From positions 906,747 to 970,746 of the forward strand of contig SMSO01000037.1 in NCBI GenBank assembly GCA_004764695.1: a DNA stretch of 64,000 nucleotides, read 5' to 3'. The translations under genes were made by a program, and so were the position numbers. Shown here in pieces: positions 11,242 to 22,506 of this stretch (position 1 is the stretch's first letter; every line of letters begins with the position of its first letter). The notes under the pieces were generated by a model. The model made no database searches and was not told where the DNA came from. It saw nothing but the letters and a program-made list of their open reading frames with translations. This DNA comes from Schizochytrium sp. TIO01. Its lineage: Eukaryota > Protista > Bigyra: Labyrinthulomycetes.

Positions 11242-12651
11242 TAATCTTCGAATTTTTCGTTCCTTTTTTTGGAACCGGAAGACTTTTATTCTTCTTCTTT
11301 TTCTGCTTTTATCAGCGAGATAAAATTAAAACAAACAAACAAACAAGTTAATTAAAATCAACCGAAGTTTCTTTCATCAAAATACAAAAAATAGTCATTA
11401 TCGTTTGATATCCAAAGGCATCATGATGTATAGATTACTAAGTATAGAGAGAAAGATGAGCTTATTGCAGAGGGTAGCAACGATTCTTAGTTCCCTATGA
11501 AAATATACGGAGTCTTTGGCTTTCAACAAGTCTTTTTTCTATAAACCCAAATTAGATTATTATCCAGGTAAAATTCGGTCTTTCAACCACGTCGCTCAAA
11601 CAACATCTAACTAACGTCAATTTATATTCATCGCTCTCGAGCCAACTCTGACCTGTTCTTGCCCTGCCTCAACTCGAAGTGAGGTGGTTTGTATAAGTAA
11701 ATAGTTGTCATACCACCTCTTATTTTTAATGCCGATCTGCAACATCCCTTATTATATAGTAACCCTTGCAAAATCAAAACTATATAATTTATTTAAAAAA
11801 ATAGTTGTATTCTTTATTATCGCTCTTCTTAGTTCGAGCGCTAGTAGTCCTGGTTTGTTTAACTTAATATATACATGAATATACTTTAAATATATAAAAT
11901 ATATGAGAAAAGGCTTAATCATCAGAGTATACATTAGCTTCCTAGTACCCTACCTGGTGAACAAAATACAGATAATTCAAAACATTAGAACACGCTTAGA
12001 AGCGTAGAATGCCAGCTAAACAAGACAATACTTTGAGCATTGCCTAATACTACACCTCGGCATAGCTCGACTATCAATTGATAAACTTTACAACGTTTTT
12101 TGAAACAACCACACTGCCAACTTGGTCAAAGTAAGTACCCAGAATCTGAAAGTGCAGCTCCGACTCGCCTCCAAGTCATCCTTATAAACTCAAGATAGTA
12201 CAATGCAGAGAGAAAGTTTATCAAATGCTTTAAAAAAAAATTGACTTCAAAATTGTTTCCTGGCAGCCTAGTGCCATGTTTAATGTAATCCAGTTCTGAC
12301 ATAAAATGTAAATGGTCTTTTGGTGTTTGATTTATAGCCAATTCTTAACAGCTAATGTTCTGCATAACAATGTCTCCTAACTTAATATTTTCAACGAATC
12401 TACATTCGGAAAATGTCTGAAACTCATTCATTTCGTTCTAGTATACATGGCAAAACAACTCTCATTCGTTTGCCTCTTTAAAGTGATGAATTTTCACAAT
12501 TAGCCTTTCCCCCGAATACCATTTCTTTCCTGCATTTTTTTTCGAACGAATGGAGCTAGAGAGAAGCCAACATTTTTTCCCCTTCGATTTGTAAGTAAAA
12601 AATTGGCATTGGCTCACATCGAGACACTCGTTCGCGCAGTCCTGCGCGGCA

Positions 12652-14967
12652 TCAATTTTTCGTGATCAAGGAGATTTTGTTCGATTTCTTTACGACCTCA
12701 CGAATCCCTTGTTCATAGCACGGAGCACTTGTTGGCGCAGGAGTTGAGGTACTCGAAATTGTAGAGTTTTTTGCACCCGAGTCCGAGCTGGTTGTTGTGA
12801 CTGAAACAACTGCACCAATGCTAATGCGCTTGATATCGAAAAACGCGCACCCTGAATCGCCTGTGGATTTAATCATAAGCAAACCATTTTGAGATGATTT
12901 GGAAGAATGGATTGTGGTTGGAATAAGAACATCTGCAGACCCAGAGTTCTCCACAGTATCTACTAACACCCATTCCGGATCTACAATGTCATCCCCGTAG
13001 TCGAAGCTAGTCACCTCAGCTAGCGGAAGGGTATCCAGAGCCATATAGATTCCAATAGTTGATGATAAACTAGAAGTGGAGCCTGAGTTCCATGAAATTG
13101 TATATTCTCCTCCTTGATCAAATTCTGTTTCGCTATTTGTAATGTTCATAGGTGTGCCACTTACAAATTTGACTGTTGTTTCCGCAAAACCATAGTCCCC
13201 AATTGAATCCTCTTCATCGTCTCCAAGTAGAGCTGTTTCGTCGTACATTGCTCGCTCGTGAAATCGCATTTTCATAGTTGTTGCTGCAGAAGGCAGGAGT
13301 TCTTGCAGAGTTGAGACTGAGTTTAAAGTATAATACAGGTTGGGAAAGTAACGAAGTTTACTCTTTGTGGGTTCCCAAGGCCGGAATCGCCCGTTGCTCT
13401 TGTCAGAGTAAGTTTCGAAGCCAGCGTCCGAGCGGGACCAGGTGTATACGGAAGAATTCGTCGATGTCAGCGACTCTCCCTCAAGAACGAAGTACTGACC
13501 TACTGGGACACTACACGAGCTAGTAACAGAGACAACCGGGGATGTGCGAGAGGTAGTTTTTACTGTACCGCAGGAACTACGCTTTGTAAGCAGTGCACGG
13601 GCCTTTTCCATCGACGTCGATCCAAAGAGAGGCATGACCTGCGACTGGAGATTTGCGGTTCCACAAATGCCTGCGTAGCTCATGATTGTTGCACCTGAGC
13701 CAGGTTCAACAGCCTGCGCACTGACGCGTGAGCTTTGACTTCCAGGGCAATCACGAAAATTATGACCCATCCCAAGCTGGTGACCGAGCTCATGGGCCAC
13801 ATAGTCTACTGCGAAACGGTCTCCAACAGGATTGCTAAGTCCCGTCGTTCCTTGAGCCCTATCGGTGTCACAGATCGAACCAATAGATGCAATTCCACCT
13901 GAGTTTGTAGTAAATGAGTGACCAACATCAAAGTTCTTTAATTTGATACCACGCTCATTCACAATGAAATTGTTGTTTTGTGTATACACTGTCCAAGTGT
14001 TGGAAAGTGCATTACATGCGTCGTCGATTTGCTCTCCGGCGCAGATCAAAATATCATTATCATCGATCATCTGGAAATACACACCCATCTCACGCATGTA
14101 TATTCCATTTACACGAGCCATGACCTGCGTCATCGCTACGAGAACAGATGCGGTATTATTATTGTGGACAGCAGAGTATTGTTTATTGGCTATAAGAGCG
14201 ATTTTTAGCTCGCGGCCTTTTGTCGTGGATACCGATGATGTACTTCTTGTTGTTATCGTTGAGTTTGAGGACGAGGTTGTATTCGTAGATGATGAAAGAT
14301 CAACAACTACAGTGCGTGCAGCAGAAATAGCTGCTTGCTCAGAAAGCGCAAAATCTTTGTTGATAACAGTAGCAGTTGCGTTATCGGGATCGCCACAACT
14401 AAACCCGCCTGAAGATGAGCTATGAGCCTTCAAGTTGTTGTACATGAGATAGACATCGGAAGAATCAACAGCACTATCCACATAAATGGATTCAGAAGAA
14501 GAAGTGTTCGTAAATGTCATGGCGAGCGAGTCCTGGACATCATCCTCTCCAATTAGGTCCAGTCTCAAGCTACCTGTACAGGGCCCGCGCCAATGGTGGA
14601 TGCTTGGATATTTAATCCGGAGAGCAGTAGGAAGTGTCATGTTGGACTCTGTAAGATTACAGACAATTGTGATGTTTGTATCTGGCATAGGAAATCCAAA
14701 TACGACGGCTTCATTGGCATCACGCATCAGGTTGAGTTGCTGAAATATTTCCACTGAGTGAAGCCTGACATAGTTGCCAATCACAGCGAGATCAGAAAGG
14801 CCTCGGGCACGGACATGTTCATGATTTGGTGCCTCGTGAGGGGCAAGGAATTCCCACGCTACTATTGACGGCTTGTGTGCCTGTGTGAGGGCTATAACCT
14901 CAGTCAAACTTAGGACGGCAATGAGAAAAGCATGTGCTATTGTGCTCCATGACCGTGAAGCAACCAT
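12652..14967 (-). CDS. Secreted zinc metalloprotease, M12B/reprolysin-like (bacterial type); C-terminal PAN/apple domain continues out of frame to ~12462
   Basis: N-terminal signal peptide, prodomain FSCG (cysteine-switch-like), RVNGIYMREMGV, DYVAHELGHQLGMGHNF (HExxHxxGxxH), VEPGSGATIMSYAGICG (Met-turn) and Ser/Thr-rich linkers. Confidence 0.9.
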   Translation of the reverse strand: MVASRSWSTIAHAFLIAVLSLTEVIALTQAHKPSIVAWEFLAPHEAPNHEHVRARGLSDLAVIGNYVRLHSVEIFQQLNLMRDANEAVVFGFPMPDTNITIVCNLTESNMTLPTALRIKYPSIHHWRGPCTGSLRLDLIGEDDVQDSLAMTFTNTSSSESIYVDSAVDSSDVYLMYNNLKAHSSSSGGFSCGDPDNATATVINKDFALSEQAAISAARTVVVDLSSSTNTTSSSNSTITTRSTSSVSTTKGRELKIALIANKQYSAVHNNNTASVLVAMTQVMARVNGIYMREMGVYFQMIDDNDILICAGEQIDDACNALSNTWTVYTQNNNFIVNERGIKLKNFDVGHSFTTNSGGIASIGSICDTDRAQGTTGLSNPVGDRFAVDYVAHELGHQLGMGHNFRDCPGSQSSRVSAQAVEPGSGATIMSYAGICGTANLQSQVMPLFGSTSMEKARALLTKRSSCGTVKTTSRTSPVVSVTSSCSVPVGQYFVLEGESLTSTNSSVYTWSRSDAGFETYSDKSNGRFRPWEPTKSKLRYFPNLYYTLNSVSTLQELLPSAATTMKMRFHERAMYDETALLGDDEEDSIGDYGFAETTVKFVSGTPMNITNSETEFDQGGEYTISWNSGSTSSLSSTIGIYMALDTLPLAEVTSFDYGDDIVDPEWVLVDTVENSGSADVLIPTTIHSSKSSQNGLLMIKSTGDSGCAFFDIKRISIGAVVSVTTTSSDSGAKNSTISSTSTPAPTSAPCYEQGIREVVKKSNKISLITKN

Positions 14968-17900
14968 GCTGAATTTGGAACACCCCTCGGTGCGAGGATA
15001 CTATCTTTTTAAAATTGAAAACCACACGTGGCTTTCTACTATCCGGTGCTGCCGGGGCCTCAGACTTTTATATATAGTCGCACGTCCCAATATCGTCTAA
15101 TCACCAAATTCTGGCCGTTTGAATGCCCCCCCCCCCGATTCTTAAGCACTTTGCAGCCCAACTAATTTACAGCTAAGTCAAATTTCAATGCCCTCGCTGG
15201 GATGGTCGTACGCTTGCACGTGTCCGCAATCTCCGACCTTTTCCGCGTTTTCCGCCTTGAATAACTTTATGTATTAGGAAGCCAAACCTGCTTGATCTGT
15301 TCTGCCCACGTGACTGTCACGAAGCTGGCCTCTTCCTCGACTCTCGCCTAATCTTCAGTGGGAACACAAGCAACAGCAGCTGCTTTAGCGGCTGTAGCAG
15401 CAGTTTAAAGTCCAACAGGTGCTTTGCGTCAACACGCTAGTCAATTGGCCCAAGTTACCTTACAGAACAAGTTGACACAAGCTACGAATAAATCAGCTCT
15501 TTCAGGTTCCCAGGAGCGTCTCGAACACGTTGCCGGCCGCCTGTTCGCTCAGCAGTTCTGATGGAGCGTAAGGCAATTATCAGCAATACTCAAGCAATTA
15601 ATCAAGTCTCAGAGTAAAAAGTGAAAACCAAAAGAAGTTGACAACGAGCAAATGCAAGGGTTAATTGGTCAATCGACAGCACTCAAACTTGGGCTCTCTT
15701 GAAATAGCCTTGACGCCACCGCTCGCAATTCGACAGCTGACGCTACAGCTGTTGAGGGTTTGCCTTCCAAACTAGTCGGTTGGGTAAGCTCGCAAGACTT
15801 GCGACAGCGACTTTCTCTGCCGGAGGACTAGTCGGGTCGAGAGTCTATGACCTTTTTTTTGCTTGGTGCTGGTTTTGCGGCTTTGCGGAATGTGCGAGAG
15901 AATAATATGTGTTAAAAACGTTTTTTTGTTTTTTAAAATAAATATATATAAAAGAGATGTCTGAAAGAAAAAACCTCTTCTTTTTCATGTATTACCAGTA
16001 CCTTTAAAAAAAATAAATCATAACAAGCGAGAAAGGTGAGTCAACGTAAAGAAGCTTACACTGAGGTTTGCTGCCCAGATGGGAAAGCCTGAGACTGCCT
16101 GAGACAAGCCCAGTATACAAATAAGCAGACTGATAACAGACCCAAGAGAAGTAGCTGCCTCATGCTTATGTAGTCAGCAGCCACCTTTGTTAACTCTGCT
16201 AAGATGGCACTAGCTAACTCACGAAATTGACTCATTTTATAAGAGACTTGTTTTTTCGTTTCGCACACTGATAAACTGTAGAAAGGGCTTAGCACTCCTA
16301 GAATTTGTTTTCTAACCTTTTAAATACAACGTACCATAGCACTAATTACTTCTTTCTATTAGGCACTGCTATTCCTACTTGTTTGCTGCTTGTTTTATCA
16401 ACCTGAGAAGGAAGTCTTTAAATTGATAGCAAAGCATTAATAAAACATACCTTTAAAAATCACTATGCGAGAACCATGAAGCCTACGCGTCCTCATCAAT
16501 CTCGTTATGGTGCATAAGAACTTGTTCTCTTCTCATCATCTCTTAATGTTGTGATTAAATTAGAATTACACTGAAAGTCAATTTTCAAAAAAAATGAAAG
16601 AACAGTAGGTACTTGGACTGAAAAAGGTTTATGTTTTTAACATGAGAATAGCAAGTAGAAAAGAAGTAAAACTGGAAAGAAAAGAGAAAAGGGTAAAAAT
16701 AGAAAGAGTACAATCTGGCCATGAAAACGGGGCGCACTCTACGCTCAGCCAGCTGTCAATGTCAGCGGCGACATTGGCATGTGGTTTGGCCTCAGGCCCA
16801 GCTACTAGCTTTCACGAGCAGCTGTCGCTCGGCACGCTCTGGACGTCATCGAGGCTTTAGAGTTTGGTTTCCTGCAACCTTCTAACTTTCCGATTCCAGG
16901 CACGTCCGCCGAAATCATCGCAGCGCATACATGCGAAACTGTCTGTGACACGCGCTGCAAAAGGTATTCGGAATTAGCGCTCCTATCATAAAATGTATGG
17001 ACCTAGTGCATTAATGTATCATCTTAGTTACGTGCTACCCACGCATGGATGTCCCACTAGCTTCAGAAGGCAAGTGTTTGAGAAGAGGTCATGATTCGAG
17101 CGTGGTGTCGGGACGGGACGGCTAAGAGTTGCAATTCTAAAATCACTTTCATTAAACTAAAAAATGAATAAAAAAATAAAGTTAAAAAAAAAAATGATCG
17201 TACATCTTCTCTATTCTGTCGTTCTGTCTCCTTACATCAGTAGATCGGTGAAAGGCATCCTGCTTGTTTCCATTGTTTCCACATCGAAGCTTCATAAGGA
17301 CATAGCAGATGGAGGCAAACTTGTATAGAGAACCACGCTTTGCTAGCAATCATCATAGAAACGACTAAAAATTCTTAATCCGCACCTGCAAGGAAGCTAA
17401 AATTGCCAAACCATAATGTCTCCCGGTTACGATCGCCTCGCATTGTCCAGGTCATGTTTAAGTCCACGTCCGCACATATCAGGCTCGTTCTCTTTTGTGC
17501 AAATAGTTCGACTCGTGTCAGCTTCCCGTTCTTGTCGATCATTTGTTGCCCCAGAATTGAACGAAAGGGCCAAAAGACAGACTTTGTTCTGCACGTGCAA
17601 GTGGGGACGTGTGATATCTGTCTCTATACTATACACTATAGCAGCCCCTATATCATAGCGTGTCTTTCACTTCCACTTCCATCATTACATTTGAGTAGTA
17701 GGCACCTACATAGCATAGTGCTAATTAGCTTCCTGGTAGGAGTTTGTTGATCCTTTTACTTTGCTGTTTCTCTTTCGCGAAGCAGAAAGTATTTTGTTCA
17801 AGGCAGGTAGTGCTGAAGATAGCCATCGATACCAATCATCGCAATGAAAATGTTTATGCCGAGCCTGAACTATGAGAAGTTGGACTACAACAAAACTCGG

Positions 17901-18625
17901 GAAGGCATTGGAAACAAGCACAGGAACCGGAAGTGAAAGTCAATAGGTCGAGCCAATAATCTCAAGGCTCAAGGCCCTCTATCCAGTCAATCAGGATGCA
18001 ATGTATGAGTATCAGAGGGCCTCGAAGGGCAGCCTGAGCAGAGGCCGACAATGATCTCGGAGGCATGGACCACGACGCATCTGCATTGAAGAATCGGAAG
18101 AGGGCAGAGCACTCGCTGGAAAGCGAACTAACGAGCCTCGAGCAGACGTACGCACTATAAATAAAAATCGTTCTTAGGCCGGTTCTCTCGCCGTCAGGGC
18201 CAACCGAGGCGTGCAAAAGAGGCGCAGGAGAGCTCTTTCTGTGCAAGCGCCGAGTCGAGTTGAAAGTCGTTCGTCAGGTCAGACTCATTCGGCTTGGCAA
18301 GGGTGGCGAAATGCGGCTCGTGAAACTGGGTGAGCGCGACGACTTTCTCGAGTGCTTCTGCTGCGCGGGGGGGGGTTGGCCTGTTTCTCTCGTGGCGTTT
18401 ATTTATTTCCAATCTGCAAATGGTTGTCTTGTTTTTATAAAACGATGCCTGGGGAACAAGACCAACTCAACTTGGTCTACATCATGAACTTGATCTGGAT
18501 CATGAACTTGATCACAAATTGCTGTGGCTAGCTCAACGTCTGTTTATCCTCATAGTTGTAGATCTTGCTTGGAGTCGGGTGGTGATGGGCAATAATGGTG
18601 AATCGCCCACATCGAGACTCCCAGC

Positions 18626-19130
18626 CACAATAGTCTTGGCCACGTTCAAGAGACTAACTTCAAGTGCTGGGCTTACATCACAGAATTGAAGCAAGTCGAG
18701 GAGATGGTGAATTATGTCAAATGTTATACTTGTCAGCCAGCTCGAGCTGGGTAAGCCCCAGCACTCTTTCAAGCACCTCCTTCCAGACAATTTAATCCCT
18801 GGATCGATATTTCGTATTGCTAGAGAAAGACGGCGATGACTCATACGATAATTGTAATCATTATCCCTGCGAGTGCTTTTTTACGAGTCGTCTTGTCGGT
18901 GCTTTGATTGACTACTCCGTCGCGTCAAAGGGTGGACGGACCCTCGAGGTGAAACTCCATTCCCCAGCGTCGAGGCTGCGAGGCTGCGAGTGCTATCTTG
19001 AAAGAAAGTCTTTCCTACCTGGGTCGGCGAGGCGTGGGTGGGCTCGTTGAACCACATTTTGCTTGCTTTCGAATGGCGATTGAGTGCAATGCCAGTGAGC
19101 AAAATGCTAAAAGCTCGGCAGCAGTGAATA
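18626..19130 (+). mobile_element. Possible decayed LTR-retrotransposon integrase fragment
   Basis: The frame from 18626 reads HNSLGH-x26-CYTCQ (HHCC zinc-finger spacing), then a stop, then APPSRQFNPWIDIS. A downstream frame has GGLVEPH, resembling the NGxVERx motif around the catalytic E. Stops and frameshifts are present; no LTRs or RT recognised. Confidence 0.35.
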
Positions 19131-20283
19131 AAACACATGATATACACCCGCAGGCGGTCAACGTTAGGAATATAATATTAATTAAGAGGGGTAATATGGG
19201 AGTATTTGTAAATTATGAAAGACCTGTTGAGGCAAATTACAATACTCGCTTCTCTCGCGAGTTTGAGCTTTCGCGTGACGCCACAGCATACCGGATAAAG
19301 AAAGATCGGAGCTATCGCCTCATCTTGTCTGTTGGCATTTGGCTGATACCCTGATCTTGGAGCCCGATGGAAAATCGAGACTCCGAGTTTCTCTTTTGAT
19401 TGATTTCAGACTTTTTTTGAAAGAATCTTTTTAAATCAAAAGAAGTAAAATAGTAGAACAAAAAAAGTAGAAGTGTTTCTGAATGGTGAAAAACAAAAAG
19501 CAGGCTGAACCTGTGAAACTCCATGAGAAAGACCCCCTGGACATGACTTGGAGGTCGGGTCTCGACCACACTGAGCTCCTCTATAAGATGTTTCTCACGT
19601 TCTACTTGAACCGCAATCAGTCATCAATGTCACCTCCATGCGTGGGTTGTCAATCAGATTGATTGCTAGTTCCATGAAGGAGTAATTTGTTATTTGAAGC
19701 AGAGACAGTCCACCTCGACCTGACACCAGGACCTCACGGTGGAAGACCCACCCGAGGTACAATTTTGAACTAGGACGAGATTGAAGCTGCTCACAGCTGA
19801 CGCTTATCCAAGACATTGGTAAGGGGAACCTAGGAGATGACTTAATCCAAGGTTGATTAGCTCAATTGATCCTATAGAGATATAGCTTGGCGTTGTATGA
19901 ACTTTGAGTTTGTAATTCAATTTTCAGTTGGCGAGAGAAAGCAAGCACTCACTCGTTGTCCACCAGCTCAAAATTTAAGCTTTTTGGGCAGATTCAAAGT
20001 TGTCCTTTAAAGTTATGTGAGAGTGCAAATCTTCGCTTAGGACTTACAATATAACATATAATGGTACCTGATCGTCTTCTTTCAAAGACAGGGATTGACA
20101 AGTGTGCAAGTAATAATCATTACTTTCATAGATGTTCAGAACATAAGGACCCTGCCTGTGTCTCCTTCATTCAAATAATTTATCGGTACACGACGAGACG
20201 AATATATGTAGGTTAGAGAATTTATTTGTCAGCAATTTTTCTGGAATACAATTGAGCTATTCTTAAGGGTGGACCAATAAAGT

Positions 20284-22506
20284 CTATAGTGATGGTGATG
20301 ATGAAATAGAATCTGTGTCATGACTATTTTGAAGTTCGTCTGGGCGACACCAGCTCATTTCGTCTTCAGAAAGCGAAAGGGCTTCCCAAAATGGTGAAGT
20401 GCGAGCAGCAAGCTGCAAAAGCTCTTCGCTTGATTCCGATACTCCAGCGATATCCCCACGGGCCCATACGAGCAACACCTCCAGTAAATCAACGCGACGC
20501 AAAACATACATTGGAGGATCTTCGTGCTGGCCATTTATCGGATTCACCAATGGCATCTCAGCAAACGAGGAACGTAAAAGTATCAACAAAGCATTGAGAA
20601 AACTCCAAGGACTAAGTGATGTCAGGTCATTCGGGTCAAATGTGACAAGAAAATCAGCAAGTGCTGACACACTACCTACTAGAAGCAGCTGGTCTATTTG
20701 CTCTGGGGTTCCTGCATTTGCCATGTTGGAAATGCAGTATGCAACCTCCACAGCTAGGTCCATTGAATATTGTCCCATTTGCAAAATTGCCTGTGCTGGT
20801 ACCTCTGAGTCAAGCAGAACCTGTACCTGAGCTTCACTGCCGGCACTTATGTTGCTTAGAACCCACAGTGCTTCTTTTCGTACTGCGCGTGTTTTATGTG
20901 AAATGAGACTTGGCAAGACTTCAAGAAGCCCAACATCAAAGACAAGCTGAGTTTGCTCGTCTGAGCCGAGGACTAAGTTGCCAATTACACGTAATGCAGG
21001 TGTAAGCTGAGGCTTGTCCTGGCAATTATTTACAATTTCCATCAGGGTTTCAAGGAGCAAAGGTCGACCAAGAACCTCATTTGCGCTATCTTGATTGCCA
21101 ATGTCGGTAATATAGGCTAGTACCCAGCAAGCGTCCATCACAACATCAGGATCATCATGCATGAGGACCGGTAGCAAAGGTTCAATTAGAGGCTTCGTCG
21201 TGGTCAACGGTGGTAATGGTTGCCTTCTACATAAGTTTGTCATAGCCCACACAAGGGTACGAAGGTTAGAGATCTGTAAATTGGGGCTAAGAAGATCAAG
21301 GTAATGTTCAACAATACCATGCGCAAAACATAAATCACGGAAGGATGCATTGTCTCCACTGATATTGCCTAATGCCCAAACAGCTTGAAAGGCAACGGCT
21401 TCATCTGGAAACTTCAGTAAACTTATGAGTGTGGGAATCGCTCCGGCTGAAACAATTTCAGATGTTTCCTCGTGCGTCCCACTAGATAAGTTTGTGATGA
21501 TCCAACAGGCCTCAAAAGCTAGTGACTGATAAGGATCTTGCAGAGAAATATTTTCAATAAGACCGAGCAGATCTACAATCATATCCTTTTCCTGAAGCAC
21601 TTGGCTAATGGGAGGATCGAATTCTGTACAGAGCAATGTTCGTAGCCCTACCAGTCCCCGAAGTTGCTGCATAACATCGTTTGATCTGATTAAGTCAGCA
21701 AGAGATGGTAGTGCACTTAGACAGTTTGCAAGACCGTTCCCTTTGACAGCGGTTCTTGAGCTCCAACTTGTACTAGATGACGATGTCATCACAAAGATCC
21801 TTCTCGGCACATTGACACTTGCTTGGCGTCTCAACCGTAAGCCTCGCAAACGTTCACTGACTCTCTTTTGTAGAGATGACCTTGGTTGTAGTAAAGTGAG
21901 CTTCTTCTCGGAGCTTGGTCTTATTGACGCCTTCCGCATTGGTCTCTTCACTCTTCTGTCGTAAAAGACATCATCCTCAGCGTCTACAAATCGAAACCCG
22001 GCTACCAAGTCCTCCAAATCCCCAAAGTTGGTTGGACTACTGCCAGGATAGTTATCTGCACTGCTGAAGTTGCCAGAATCGCTCGAAGTCCAGGTTTCCT
22101 CCTCCGTTAAGAAGCTGCTTCTTGCCCTCTGCAGGCGCTCTCGTGATCCCGAGCTGCTAATACTGCGTAGCTTCTTCGTTCTCATTGTGTTTCTTAGCTG
22201 CAGCCCAAGGCCTGCACCTCGATCCCTGGGCGCTGTCATCGTCATGGACTCACGAGAGCGCGCTTCTGCAACTCTATTTTCATTTCGCTCGCGCAGACTG
22301 CGCACGTGTGTGCTGTAGTGCACCGGGCTCTCTGCGTCCTCTTCATTAGAGCCACGGGTCTCAAGCCCTCTCGAAAGTAGAGCACCAGTCAGGCCTACGT
22401 TGTGAGAGGATCTCACCATGAATCGGTCGCTGGAGCTCGAGCTCCTCCTTTTCTCGTTTATGTTTCGGATTTGGTATGCGCGAATGACACATCTTTCCAT
22501 CCCCAT
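20284..22506 (-). CDS. Importin-alpha-like protein (paralogue B) with long N-terminal extension
   Basis: ORF of about 740 aa (first ATG 22506; alternative ATG 22419). Contains LRTLLCTEFDPPISQV, FEACWIITNLSSGT, QAVWALGNISGDN, DACWVLAYITD, TPALRVIGNLVLGSDEQTQ and VRKEALWVLSNISAG, the canonical importin-alpha ARM motifs. Confidence 0.92.
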   Translation of the reverse strand: MGMERCVIRAYQIRNINEKRRSSSSSDRFMVRSSHNVGLTGALLSRGLETRGSNEEDAESPVHYSTHVRSLRERNENRVAEARSRESMTMTAPRDRGAGLGLQLRNTMRTKKLRSISSSGSRERLQRARSSFLTEEETWTSSDSGNFSSADNYPGSSPTNFGDLEDLVAGFRFVDAEDDVFYDRRVKRPMRKASIRPSSEKKLTLLQPRSSLQKRVSERLRGLRLRRQASVNVPRRIFVMTSSSSTSWSSRTAVKGNGLANCLSALPSLADLIRSNDVMQQLRGLVGLRTLLCTEFDPPISQVLQEKDMIVDLLGLIENISLQDPYQSLAFEACWIITNLSSGTHEETSEIVSAGAIPTLISLLKFPDEAVAFQAVWALGNISGDNASFRDLCFAHGIVEHYLDLLSPNLQISNLRTLVWAMTNLCRRQPLPPLTTTKPLIEPLLPVLMHDDPDVVMDACWVLAYITDIGNQDSANEVLGRPLLLETLMEIVNNCQDKPQLTPALRVIGNLVLGSDEQTQLVFDVGLLEVLPSLISHKTRAVRKEALWVLSNISAGSEAQVQVLLDSEVPAQAILQMGQYSMDLAVEVAYCISNMANAGTPEQIDQLLLVGSVSALADFLVTFDPNDLTSLSPWSFLNALLILLRSSFAEMPLVNPINGQHEDPPMYVLRRVDLLEVLLVWARGDIAGVSESSEELLQLAARTSPFWEALSLSEDEMSWCRPDELQNSHDTDSISSSPSL

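Noticed and set aside
15358-15832. Ala/Gln-rich frame reading like coiled-coil protein through several stops
   Set aside because: Four stops of mixed type in ~160 codons is close to random expectation; no motif, and no support for readthrough or an alternative genetic code.
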